The notes under the pieces were generated by a model. It had not been told where the DNA came from. It was given only the letters and a program-made list of their open reading frames with translations, and searched no databases. A DNA stretch of 64,000 nt, from positions 35,951-99,950 of the forward strand of contig CAZMIZ010000004.1 in the NCBI GenBank assembly GCA_964566925.1, given 5' to 3'. Made by a program: the position numbers and the translations under genes. This document shows, in pieces, positions 50,792-58,941 of this stretch (position 1 is its first letter; each line of letters begins with the position of its first letter). This stretch comes from an uncultured Gammaproteobacteria bacterium (lineage in GTDB: Bacteria; Patescibacteriota; Microgenomatia; PFEM01; DATLAM01).

Positions 50792-51360
50792 TCAGGTTTT
50801 TCCGGACTAATTTCCACTTCTGGGGCTTGTTCGGCACCTTCAGCTGCCTCAAAATAAGAGCGCTCGCTAAAACCTAAAGCACCAGCAATTAAATTAGCGG
50901 GAAACTGCTTGATGGCCGTATTATAATCCCGAACCAAGTCATTAAACCGCCGCCGCTCAACGGCAATTCGATTCTCGGTCCCGGCTAATTCGTCCATTAA
51001 TTGAGACACGTTTTGGGAAGAACGAAGCTCCGGGTAATTCTCGACGATCACCAAGAGTCGCCCTAAGGCGGATTCGACTTCGGAAGCCGCCTTCACTTTC
51101 TCTTCGGTGGAGGTGGCTCCGGAATATTTGGTTCTGGCTTCAGCGATTTGGCCAAAAACAGCTTGCTCCTGAGTCATGATCCCTTCAACTGATTTCACTA
51201 AATTGGGGATTAAATCAAAACGTCTTTGATACTGAGTTTCAACTTGGGCCCACTGATTTTCAATTGCCTGACTTTGGGTAATCAAACTATTATAGAAGTT
51301 AACCAAACCAACGCCTAAAATTAAAACAATGGCAGCGATAACAATCCAAGATCTTTTCAA
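50788..51360 (-). CDS. lemA: LemA family protein
   Basis: NFYNSLITQSQAIENQWAQVETQYQRRFDLIPNLV. Adjacent to the TPM protein, which is the usual LemA-TPM pairing. Confidence 0.9.
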   Translation of the reverse strand: MKRSWIVIAAIVLILGVGLVNFYNSLITQSQAIENQWAQVETQYQRRFDLIPNLVKSVEGIMTQEQAVFGQIAEARTKYSGATSTEEKVKAASEVESALGRLLVIVENYPELRSSQNVSQLMDELAGTENRIAVERRRFNDLVRDYNTAIKQFPANLIAGALGFSERSYFEAAEGAEQAPEVEISPEKPE

Positions 51361-51440
51361 TTTATCTCACCTCCTTCCCAATTAGGTACTAGGCACTAGT
51401 AAAAATAAAACCAAACCTCATTTCTGTCCTAAACCCTATC

Positions 51441-51938
51441 TTAGGTATGCTTATCAGCCACGACAAAAGCGCCATAAGATTCCGGTTTAGTTTTAGCAGT
51501 AAAACCATTGCCGTTAACCATCCCGACCACTTCTTTAATCATCTCTCTGGTAGAACCATTCTGGCCGACATCAATGTGGATTTCAAGTTCATAGGGTTCA
51601 CCGTTAAGGCGCTTCTGTAACTGAGGCAATAAAATCTCCGCTAAATCAAGTGAATATAGGGTTTCGGTATAAATTTTATCCCGGAGGGAGTTAACTTTAT
51701 TCTTTTTATTGCGTTGCCAGAAATAGCGACCACCTTTGCCCTTACGATGAATAACCACCGCGGTAATAATGTCCAACCTCTTTCCTTTTTTGTCCCGGTG
51801 GGATTTAGAATCAGTGCCAATGACGAGACGATAGAAATTGCCTGGCTCTTCATCAATAAAACCAGCCAATTCACTCACCATTCTTTTAATGGTCAACTTC
51901 CCGGCACTAGGGCTAATAAAAAAACCATTCTTTTTCAT
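51441..51938 (-). CDS. DUF458/YkuK-like RNase H-fold protein
   Basis: FFISPSAG...YRLVIGTDSK...IITAVVIHRKGKGGRYFW...LEIHIDVGQNGSTREMI. Confidence 0.5.
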   Translation of the reverse strand: MKKNGFFISPSAGKLTIKRMVSELAGFIDEEPGNFYRLVIGTDSKSHRDKKGKRLDIITAVVIHRKGKGGRYFWQRNKKNKVNSLRDKIYTETLYSLDLAEILLPQLQKRLNGEPYELEIHIDVGQNGSTREMIKEVVGMVNGNGFTAKTKPESYGAFVVADKHT

Positions 51939-52026
51939 AGGTTTGAGCTTAGTATATCACAAATTCTGACCTTTTTAAATATCCCTACCAGGCCGTTTTG
52001 GCAGGCCATCCTGTATAATAATAGCT

Positions 52027-53445
52027 ATGGCCGTTAAGCTCAAAAAAGTCGGTCTTAACAAGTGGCAAATCGAGCGGTTGCCGCAGATGAAAGCCGAGGC
52101 AATCATCTTTGCCAAAGAAGAAATGCTTCCTCAAATCCAGGGCGATCTCTCTTTAACTCAGCTTCAAGAAGCAGCCATGCTCCCTCAAGTCGTTTCCCCG
52201 GTAGTGGGGATGCCGGATATCCACGAAGGTTTTGGTTTGCCAATTGGCGGAGTGATGGCCACCGAAGGTCTCATTTCTGTTGGGGCAGTCGGGATGGATA
52301 TTAATTGCGGCGTCAGGCTTTTGGCAAGCAATCTTAGCTATGATTCTAAGCTTTTTAATCGGGTAGCCCTCCAGACTATCATCCGGAAAATCGAGCAAGA
52401 AATTCCGGTTGGCTTAGGTGGTAGACGTAAAGGAAAAATTCCCGGATTAACCTTATCCGAGATTGTTACTCGCGGAGCCGAAGTTTTGGTGAAAAAAGGC
52501 TTTGGAACTAAAGAAGATCTTGAAGGTACCGAAGAAGGAGGCAAATTAGAAGGCGCCTCTTTAGAAGCCCTCACTGACCGTGCTCAGAAAAGAGGTAAAA
52601 AACAACTAGGGACCTTAGGTTCAGGCAATCATTTCATTGAAATTCAAAAAGTGGCAGGAATTTTTGATAAAACTTTAGCTAAAACCTGGGGGCTTTCTCT
52701 AAATCAAATCTGTATCATGGTCCACTGCGGTTCCCGGGGCTTAGGCCATCAAACTTGTCTTGACTACACCAATCGATTCTGGGGCTTAAAAGATAAATAT
52801 CAGATTGATGTGCCCAGAAAAGGTTTGGCAGCTCTTCCGCTTGACACTCCTGAGGGCACTGCCTATTTCGGGGCCATGGCGGCGGCCGTTAATTTTGCTT
52901 TTGCCAACCGCCAATATATCGAATACCAATTGCAAAGTGTTTTCCATCGCTTTTTCAAAGGCAAAGCTAAGCTCAAAATTATTTATGATGTCGCCCATAA
53001 CATTGCCAAATGGGAACCCTTCGACTCCACTCAGGGTAAACAGCTTTTAGTTCATCGGAAGGGCGCCACCAGAGCTTTGCCTGCCGATCATCCCAAAAAT
53101 CCCCAGCGATATAAAAAAACCGGCCATCCGGCCATTATTCCTGGCACAATGGGAACCCCTTCCTTTATTCTCGTTGGTCTGCCTGGCGCCCAGGAGACCT
53201 ATTTTTCGGTTAATCATGGCGCTGGTCGGGCGATGAGCCGGAAAGAAGCCAAAAGAAAAATCAGCCAAGAGGAATTTGAAAAGCAAATGGGGGAAATTGT
53301 CTATAACAAACCCTTCTGGGTAATCGCTGATGAAGCCCCAGGTGCTTATAAAGATATTAATCAGGTAATTGAAACGCTTGAAGAGGCGGGCATTGCTAAA
53401 AAAGTGGTCCAAATGATTCCTTTGGCGGTAATTAAAGGAGATTGA
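52027..53445 (+). CDS. rtcB: RNA-splicing ligase RtcB (3'-phosphate/5'-OH RNA ligase)
   Basis: VVGMPDIHEGFGLPIGGVMAT...GMDINCGVRLL...GTLGSGNHFIEIQ...NHGAGR. Confidence 0.95.
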   Translation: MAVKLKKVGLNKWQIERLPQMKAEAIIFAKEEMLPQIQGDLSLTQLQEAAMLPQVVSPVVGMPDIHEGFGLPIGGVMATEGLISVGAVGMDINCGVRLLASNLSYDSKLFNRVALQTIIRKIEQEIPVGLGGRRKGKIPGLTLSEIVTRGAEVLVKKGFGTKEDLEGTEEGGKLEGASLEALTDRAQKRGKKQLGTLGSGNHFIEIQKVAGIFDKTLAKTWGLSLNQICIMVHCGSRGLGHQTCLDYTNRFWGLKDKYQIDVPRKGLAALPLDTPEGTAYFGAMAAAVNFAFANRQYIEYQLQSVFHRFFKGKAKLKIIYDVAHNIAKWEPFDSTQGKQLLVHRKGATRALPADHPKNPQRYKKTGHPAIIPGTMGTPSFILVGLPGAQETYFSVNHGAGRAMSRKEAKRKISQEEFEKQMGEIVYNKPFWVIADEAPGAYKDINQVIETLEEAGIAKKVVQMIPLAVIKGD

Positions 53446-53477
53446 GTTTGCCTTTTTTCTTTTCTGCCTTACCTCGC

Positions 53478-53505
53478 TATAATAAACTCCACTATTATAC
53501 TAAGT
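53478..53505. repeat. Copy 1 of a ~28-bp element TATAATAAACTCCACTATTATACTAAGT (internal 7-8-7 inverted repeat plus a TATACTAAG box)
   Basis: Near-identical copy at 53974-53999 on the other side of the TrpR-like gene. The TATACTAAG box also occurs at 51946-51954. Confidence 0.7.
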
Positions 53506-53970
53506 GCGAACTCTTACTGATCGGCGCTTTTTGACTCTTTTAATTTTTTTAAGGGCAGCGTCGGTGCCAAGCTTTACTGCCGCTTCAACAAGAGTTGAAC
53601 CAGCTGTCTTGGGAGCGCGGATTATTGTCCTTGGTTTGGGCCTTTTTTGCTCCTCCAGCTTAATAATCCGACCAATGGTTTTCTTTAAACCGAAACCATT
53701 GGTGTTTAGTTGATTATTAATCTTGGCAATAGTATTGCTAGTCACCCTGACCTTGCTTTTGATTGTCTGATAGTCAGCCCTATTTATAAGCATTTTGGCA
53801 ATCTGAATCCGCTTAGCCAACATTTTCACTTCTGTATGGCTTAAGAGATCTTTTAAGAATTCTCTCGTTTCTGCCTTTGACTCAAGCAAAGTAATGGCAT
53901 TCCAGAAGTTATCAATATAAACGCCCATCAATTCCGGAGGCTCAACTGGGATTCGGGAAACTTTGGTCAT
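53500..53970 (-). CDS. TrpR/YerC-YecD-like small DNA-binding protein with basic C-terminal extension
   Basis: TREFLKDLLSHTEVKMLAKRIQIAKMLINRADYQTIKSKVRVTSNTIAKINNQL, then a Lys/Arg-rich tail. Confidence 0.5.
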   Translation of the reverse strand: MTKVSRIPVEPPELMGVYIDNFWNAITLLESKAETREFLKDLLSHTEVKMLAKRIQIAKMLINRADYQTIKSKVRVTSNTIAKINNQLNTNGFGLKKTIGRIIKLEEQKRPKPRTIIRAPKTAGSTLVEAAVKLGTDAALKKIKRVKKRRSVRVRT

Positions 53971-53973
53971 GGG

Positions 53974-53999
53974 CTTAGTATAATAAACTCCATTATTAG
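53974..53999. promoter_or_regulatory. Copy 2 of the element; the TATACTAAGC box lies 2-11 nt upstream of the minus-strand ATG of the TrpR-like gene (-10-like TATACT)
   Basis: cttagtataataaactccattattag. The same box sits 8-17 nt upstream of the DUF458 ATG. Confidence 0.5.
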
Positions 54000-54006
54000 A
54001 GTAAAG

Positions 54007-54276
54007 TTAGGTTCGAGAAAGCAAAAAGAGGGTCGTCATGCTGGCTAAAAGAGCGACCAGACAATATTCGAGAACCACCCTAAAGTGTAGATCTCGATGA
54101 AGGGCATGATGAATCATCCCCCAAATAACATAAGCGACCGCTGTACCGACAACCACCAGCTGCTGAGCAGCCCGGTAATAATCAAAGAGCAAAAATAGAC
54201 TGAACCCCACCGCCAAAATGGAAAAAAGGGCCAGATAGTCTTTTACTTTATATTCTTTAACTAGTTCTTCAAACAT
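54007..54276 (-). CDS. Small 2-TM membrane protein, hypothetical
   Basis: 89 aa, hydrophobic. Confidence 0.35.
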   Translation of the reverse strand: MFEELVKEYKVKDYLALFSILAVGFSLFLLFDYYRAAQQLVVVGTAVAYVIWGMIHHALHRDLHFRVVLEYCLVALLASMTTLFLLSRT

Positions 54277-54285
54277 AAACTCTCT

Positions 54286-55209
54286 TTATAAAATGGCTCC
54301 TTGCTGGGTTAAAAGAGCGGCTAAAAGCAAAGTGCCAATTAAGGCGAGATGAGCTAAATTCCGCCCTGCTAGCCGGACGACCTTCTTACGGTGGACTAAA
54401 ACCAGATCAAAAATAAGCGCCCCAAAAAGGACCCCCATAACCAAAATTGCCAAAGTCTTAGTTAGGAAAAAAGGGCTGAAAAGGGGTGGAGTCGATCTTT
54501 CCTCACCGGTAGATTGATTGAGAGCGGCTACCAATTCTTCTTCAACCGCCGAAGCTTCTCCAAGCCTGCTAACCGGCGATTCAACCGTTTCTGGAGGAGA
54601 GGTTTGAGAATAGTTCTGGACGACGGGAGCCGGAGCGGGAGTCGGTGTTCCAAAAAGCTGAACGACTAAAGTCGTCTCTATTCCTTGTAAGGTTCCGTCC
54701 ACCACCGCCAAGCCAATCTCTTCATAATGACCATTCAAGAGATTGTCTTTATGAGACGGGGAAGCCATCCAGGCCTGAACTACCTCTTCAGGGGTATAAA
54801 AATCTCGGGCCAAGTTTTCACCGGCATAAAGGTAACTATAGCCGGCTTGCTGGAAAAAGAACCAAGGATTCCGTCCCGAAGGAGAATTATGCGCCCAGTA
54901 ATCCAAGGCAAACATATCCCCGGCCTTGGCTAAGGCGGCTTGGTTTAAAGTTTGATTAATCTCTAAGGGTGCCAAACCATTTTCTAATCGTTTTTGATTG
55001 GTTAACTCAATCACCCGCTCAGGCGTAATTGCTGAAGCAAAACCAAGAACATGAGGTGAAACAAGAATAAAAAAGTTTAATCCAAATTGGCCAACCAAGA
55101 ACAAAGCCACTAAAACCGATAAAGAAGCAGGGTGAAGAATCTTAGCTTTGTAGTTATTACCCTGATGGGGAATGAAAAAATGGTGGCACCATTTGAGCAG
55201 GTTTTCCAT
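54286..55209 (-). CDS. CAP/SCP (PR-1-like, YkwD-type) domain membrane protein
   Basis: ELTNQKRLENGLAPLEINQTLNQAALAKAGDMFALDYWAHNSPSGRNPW...GENLARDF...SPSHKDNLLNGHYEEIGLAV, with N- and C-terminal TM segments. Confidence 0.8.
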   Translation of the reverse strand: MENLLKWCHHFFIPHQGNNYKAKILHPASLSVLVALFLVGQFGLNFFILVSPHVLGFASAITPERVIELTNQKRLENGLAPLEINQTLNQAALAKAGDMFALDYWAHNSPSGRNPWFFFQQAGYSYLYAGENLARDFYTPEEVVQAWMASPSHKDNLLNGHYEEIGLAVVDGTLQGIETTLVVQLFGTPTPAPAPVVQNYSQTSPPETVESPVSRLGEASAVEEELVAALNQSTGEERSTPPLFSPFFLTKTLAILVMGVLFGALIFDLVLVHRKKVVRLAGRNLAHLALIGTLLLAALLTQQGAIL

Positions 55210-55280
55210 TTTGAGTGTTAACGAAAAACAAGGTTCTTGCCAAAGGCAAGGTTCTTATCAGTTTTCATGATAGCACTACT

Positions 55281-55850
55281 TCATTCTGGTTGCAATCTAG
55301 CTCTCACCACATAGCGTTGGGAATCCCAAAAACCAGTGCAAGTATAGAGAGTTAAGATGGCTTCTTTGGTGGGAGACAAGATCTCGACGAAATCAGGGGA
55401 AACTGTTTTAGTTTCCGTTAGTTGGTAAACAAATTCCTCTCCTTTTTTATTAAAAATTTTAATCTCAACTCCCTTTTCCAGCCACCTGATTGGCCCAAAA
55501 AGATTATTTTTATTGTGGCCGTAAATAACCGTATTTCCTTCTCTCCCAGGAATACCGGAGCCAAGAAGATAAGAAACGCCTTCGTCGGCAACTTGCCACT
55601 GATCATTGGTTACTTCGGCCAAAAAAACAGGCAAATCAATCCCTACCTGGGGAATTACAACTCTTTCCGGTAAATCCTCTTCTTTAACCTCGGTTTGGGT
55701 TTCAGGAAAACTGGCAAAGGAAAGGCTGTTCTCCTGGAATTGAGAGGCTTTTTGCCAAAGAAAAGCTAAAATTAAAAAAGAAAAACCAAGAAAAAAGAGG
55801 ATTAAGCCGATCTTTTGACGGGAAGAAGCCTTAAGCCAACACCGGTGCAT
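55281..55850 (-). CDS. Sortase (class E-like transpeptidase)
   Basis: N-terminal TM, His in NTVIYGHN, and the TLxTC motif LTLYTCTG with a downstream Arg. 49-nt overlap with the upstream substrate gene. Confidence 0.8.
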   Translation of the reverse strand: MHRCWLKASSRQKIGLILFFLGFSFLILAFLWQKASQFQENSLSFASFPETQTEVKEEDLPERVVIPQVGIDLPVFLAEVTNDQWQVADEGVSYLLGSGIPGREGNTVIYGHNKNNLFGPIRWLEKGVEIKIFNKKGEEFVYQLTETKTVSPDFVEILSPTKEAILTLYTCTGFWDSQRYVVRARLQPE

Positions 55851-56674
55851 ACACTACCCATTATAAACAAAAGGTAAAAAAGATTCTCGGCTAAACTGCC
55901 TGTGTCTGCTAAAGTGGTCGCTCCTAAGACCTGACCTCTTCCTAAAACTTGACCAGTACAAATTTCATTGGAAGGATCACTCGGAGCACAATCATTAACC
56001 GCCCGAACAATAAAGCAATAATCAGATCCCAAATCTAAACCGCCTACAGAATAAGCGGTAACCTTGCCAGTATTATCAACCCCATAAAGATAACTACCTG
56101 AAGAAAAACCATAGGAAATCTGGTAGTGGGTGGCTGGTTCAACGGCCGTCCAACTTAAATCAGCACTGCTCCCACTTTTAATGGCACTCAAAAGAGTTGG
56201 CGCTGACGGAATGGTGGCCCCACAAACAAAAGGTTCACCTGGTCCGCCGGTACCCCCATTATCACCGCCATCGCCACCGTCCCCGCCGTTACTGGGGGGA
56301 GTGGTGGGAGTCGGAGTTGGAGTCAAGGTTGAGGTTGGGGTGGGGGTTTCTCCTGAACAGTCGCAGTCTGTTTCTTCCCAACAAGCCGGATTCCGACAAA
56401 CCAGCCTACCATCTATCTCATATTCGTTTAAATCTCCTAAGCAGAATGATGGACAACCACCACACTCACAAGGAGTCTGATCACATCCACCACAATCTTG
56501 ACAATCTGGACAATCTGGACAAGAGCATTCTCCACAATCCTCACAAATTGAACCACAACCACTAGGACAAACCCCGTCTTGAATGGCTAAGGCTGCAGCG
56601 CTTGTCAAGAATAAAAGCGCCAGGAAAATGAAACCGATTTTAATTAGTCGCGGAGAAATTTTTTGTTTAAACAT
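55802..56674 (-). CDS. Secreted Cys-rich surface protein with Thr/Pro linker, Fn3-like domain and C-terminal LAxTG-type sorting signal
   Basis: Signal peptide; CPDCPDCQDCGGC-type Cys cluster; TPTPTSTLTPTPTPTT linker. C-terminus LADTGS + hydrophobic LFYLLFIMGSVCTGVGL + RLLPVKRSA. Confidence 0.6.
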   Translation of the reverse strand: MFKQKISPRLIKIGFIFLALLFLTSAAALAIQDGVCPSGCGSICEDCGECSCPDCPDCQDCGGCDQTPCECGGCPSFCLGDLNEYEIDGRLVCRNPACWEETDCDCSGETPTPTSTLTPTPTPTTPPSNGGDGGDGGDNGGTGGPGEPFVCGATIPSAPTLLSAIKSGSSADLSWTAVEPATHYQISYGFSSGSYLYGVDNTGKVTAYSVGGLDLGSDYCFIVRAVNDCAPSDPSNEICTGQVLGRGQVLGATTLADTGSLAENLFYLLFIMGSVCTGVGLRLLPVKRSA

Positions 56675-56731
56675 TCTATCGAGGCAGTTGGCCTATATTA
56701 TACACACCGAAACAAACTTGTCAAGTGAAAA

Positions 56732-58846
56732 CTAACTAAAGAAAGAAGCCAAACTCATTAAGAAGGAGCGAAAAGCCGCTGATCTGGCGCTAAGAAAGCC
56801 TCGGCTGGTTGCTAAAGCCCCTATTAGTTCTCTTCTTCTTCGGTATCCCTTAGTTGATAGGTAGGTGGCCAAGGAACCGAAAAGAATCACCCATAGTTTT
56901 TGTTCTTGGGTCATTCCCGCCGGGGCCGTTGTCACTCCTAAAGTACCGCCACCCCCAGCCGCTTCCACCTCTTGACTGGCTCCAGGAATCAAAGGTAAAG
57001 AACCACCGATCAGAAAAGGACTCTCTGATGAAGCCGAAATCAACTGATCATCTGGGCCAACGTAACCTGAAGCCACGGCTCGAGCTAGATATTCACCCGG
57101 GGGAGCATCTTGGGAAAGAACCAAGCCGGTAGTCACCTTAACGCCTTTACCGGCATCAAGATCACCTAAATCAAAAATCCCGCCACCCATATCAATTCCG
57201 TCCTTAATCAAATTAATCGCCAGCTTAGTATCATAAACTCGACCGGTTCCCGGATTTTTAACGACAACAAAGAAAGTAACGGTGTCGCCCGGAAGAACAT
57301 GAGTGCCCACATTATGACTCAAATTAACTTCCAGAAGTCCCCCTTCTTGGTGAAGCTCTAAACCTGAATCTTCATGAGCCGAAGTTGTCTCAATTGGGGA
57401 GTCAGGGTTATTTTCCGGATCAGTGGCAAAAAGACTGGCGCCACCAATATCCCCATCAAGAGAACCAAAGATATTAATAAAACCTAAAAAGCCAAACGAA
57501 CGAATAATTGAGGAATTAACAAAATTAATAATCGAAATCGCACTGTAGGCATCCCCAGTTTCAATCTCTGCTTCCCCACCTTCAATTGAATTCCCGCCGG
57601 TATTGGCAGTTGAGGAAACATTGTTGACCACACAGGCTTGATTATCAACCAAAACCACATCGCCACAGGTGGAACAACTACTATCACTATCAGTACTTGA
57701 ACTAGTGGAACTCAATAACAAATTGCCGCCTCCAGCTAAACCTTCCAGCTCATTCCAACCCAAAAAGTCTCCTAGCCATTGGCCAAAAGTATTAACCACC
57801 AAATGATAGAAAGTAACGTCAACCAAACTGGTATTAACTAAATTAACCAAATTAACCACGCTTTGGGCATTACCGGTAGTGATACTGGCGCTCTCGGTGC
57901 TCGTAATTGAGTTCTGGCCACTGATGGCTGAGGAATCAACCTGATTTTCAACCGTCGCCTCGTTTTCTATTTTTACGACCTCACCGCAGCAGTTATCTTC
58001 AGTCGAGAACTCAGGTAAAAGAATGTTTCCTTCAACCCCGCCAAAAATGTTAATCGTCACGATATGAACGGTGGAATCAATAAAGGTCGTATTCACCTTA
58101 TTAAGTAAGGAAACAATTGAAACGGCATCGCCGGTATTGATCACCGCTTCTTCAGCCCCTTCAATTGAGTTATCCCCGGTATTGGCTGAAGAAACAATCT
58201 CGTTAGAGAGATAGGCGAAATTCTGATTATTAATGACGGAAACATTAACCACCGGTTCTTGATTGTCATTTTGAATAAAAACGTTATTGGCAATTGCCAG
58301 GGGTGTCGTGGTTAAATCGATATCCCCACCCTGGGGAACAAAAATATTTAAAGTTTGGTACAAAACCTGGGAATTGACTTCCGTCGAATTGACTTCATTT
58401 TCCACTTCCACCACGGAAACGGCATCACCGGTTTCAATTACCGCCGGTGAAGGCGTGGGCGTCGGCGTCTCTTCAGGAAGGGTTTCGGTTTCTCCCGTCG
58501 TTTCTTCGGTGGCACTGGGAGTGGCTTCTTCAGTGGTTAAGGGATCAATCGTTGGAGTGGGCGTCGGTTCCTCAATTGAATTTTCACCACTGATCGCCGT
58601 TGAGTCAACTTCGTTGGTCACTTCGGCTTCGTTTTCAATTTCGGCGGTCGTCGCCTCTTCTTCAGTTTCCTCAGGTGGGTCGCAAGGCGGCAAAGAATCA
58701 CCAGATTCATCCGTGGTTTCCGTTGTCTGCACCTCTGGATCGTCTCCTGAACCAGCTTCTTCAGCTAAAACGGCTCTAAAGCCCAGCTGACCCACGGCCA
58801 GTAAGAAAATGATCCAGATTGCTAAACCTTTTTTAATTTTTTTCAT
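56732..58846 (-). CDS. Secreted 704-aa acidic repeat protein ('TGDNSI' repeat family), Thr/Pro-rich N-terminal region
   Basis: Signal peptide MKKIKKGLAIWIIFLLAVG. Four ~90-aa repeats with core N.V.S.A.TG.NSI.G....I.TGDA.S...L.N.VN(T/S). Confidence 0.6.
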   Translation of the reverse strand: MKKIKKGLAIWIIFLLAVGQLGFRAVLAEEAGSGDDPEVQTTETTDESGDSLPPCDPPEETEEEATTAEIENEAEVTNEVDSTAISGENSIEEPTPTPTIDPLTTEEATPSATEETTGETETLPEETPTPTPSPAVIETGDAVSVVEVENEVNSTEVNSQVLYQTLNIFVPQGGDIDLTTTPLAIANNVFIQNDNQEPVVNVSVINNQNFAYLSNEIVSSANTGDNSIEGAEEAVINTGDAVSIVSLLNKVNTTFIDSTVHIVTINIFGGVEGNILLPEFSTEDNCCGEVVKIENEATVENQVDSSAISGQNSITSTESASITTGNAQSVVNLVNLVNTSLVDVTFYHLVVNTFGQWLGDFLGWNELEGLAGGGNLLLSSTSSSTDSDSSCSTCGDVVLVDNQACVVNNVSSTANTGGNSIEGGEAEIETGDAYSAISIINFVNSSIIRSFGFLGFINIFGSLDGDIGGASLFATDPENNPDSPIETTSAHEDSGLELHQEGGLLEVNLSHNVGTHVLPGDTVTFFVVVKNPGTGRVYDTKLAINLIKDGIDMGGGIFDLGDLDAGKGVKVTTGLVLSQDAPPGEYLARAVASGYVGPDDQLISASSESPFLIGGSLPLIPGASQEVEAAGGGGTLGVTTAPAGMTQEQKLWVILFGSLATYLSTKGYRRRRELIGALATSRGFLSARSAAFRSFLMSLASFFS

Positions 58847-58877
58847 TAATCTTTCTTCTTAAACTTACTTAACTCGT

Positions 58878-58911
58878 CCCTGGGAAGGGGGCCAAAACCC
58901 CCTTCCCTAGG
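58878..58911. other. GC-rich perfect 10-bp stem hairpin (GGGAAGGGGG-ccaaaa-CCCCCTTCCC) between the 143-aa and 704-aa repeat-protein genes
   Basis: Read directly. No flanking U/A tract on either strand. Confidence 0.7.
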
Positions 58912-58941
58912 ACAAAAACAAGCGCTCCTTTTGCGGAGTGA

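Noticed and set aside
56490-56530. 9-nt tandem (caatctgga x3) in the Cys-rich gene
   Set aside because: It is in-frame (a multiple of 3) and simply encodes the CPDCPDCQDC repeat. It is a protein-level repeat, not a slippage switch.
58700-58846. C-terminal sortase signal in the 704-aa repeat protein
   Set aside because: The C-terminus (…KLWVILFGSLATYLSTKGYRRRRELIGALATSRG…) has a hydrophobic-then-basic stretch but no LPxTG/LAxTG pentapeptide in the right place. Sortase anchoring is not supported.
58878-58911. Hairpin as a rho-independent terminator
   Set aside because: There is no U-tract after the stem on the minus strand (the transcribed orientation) and no A-tract before it on the plus strand. 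I kept it as an unexplained structured element rather than a terminator.
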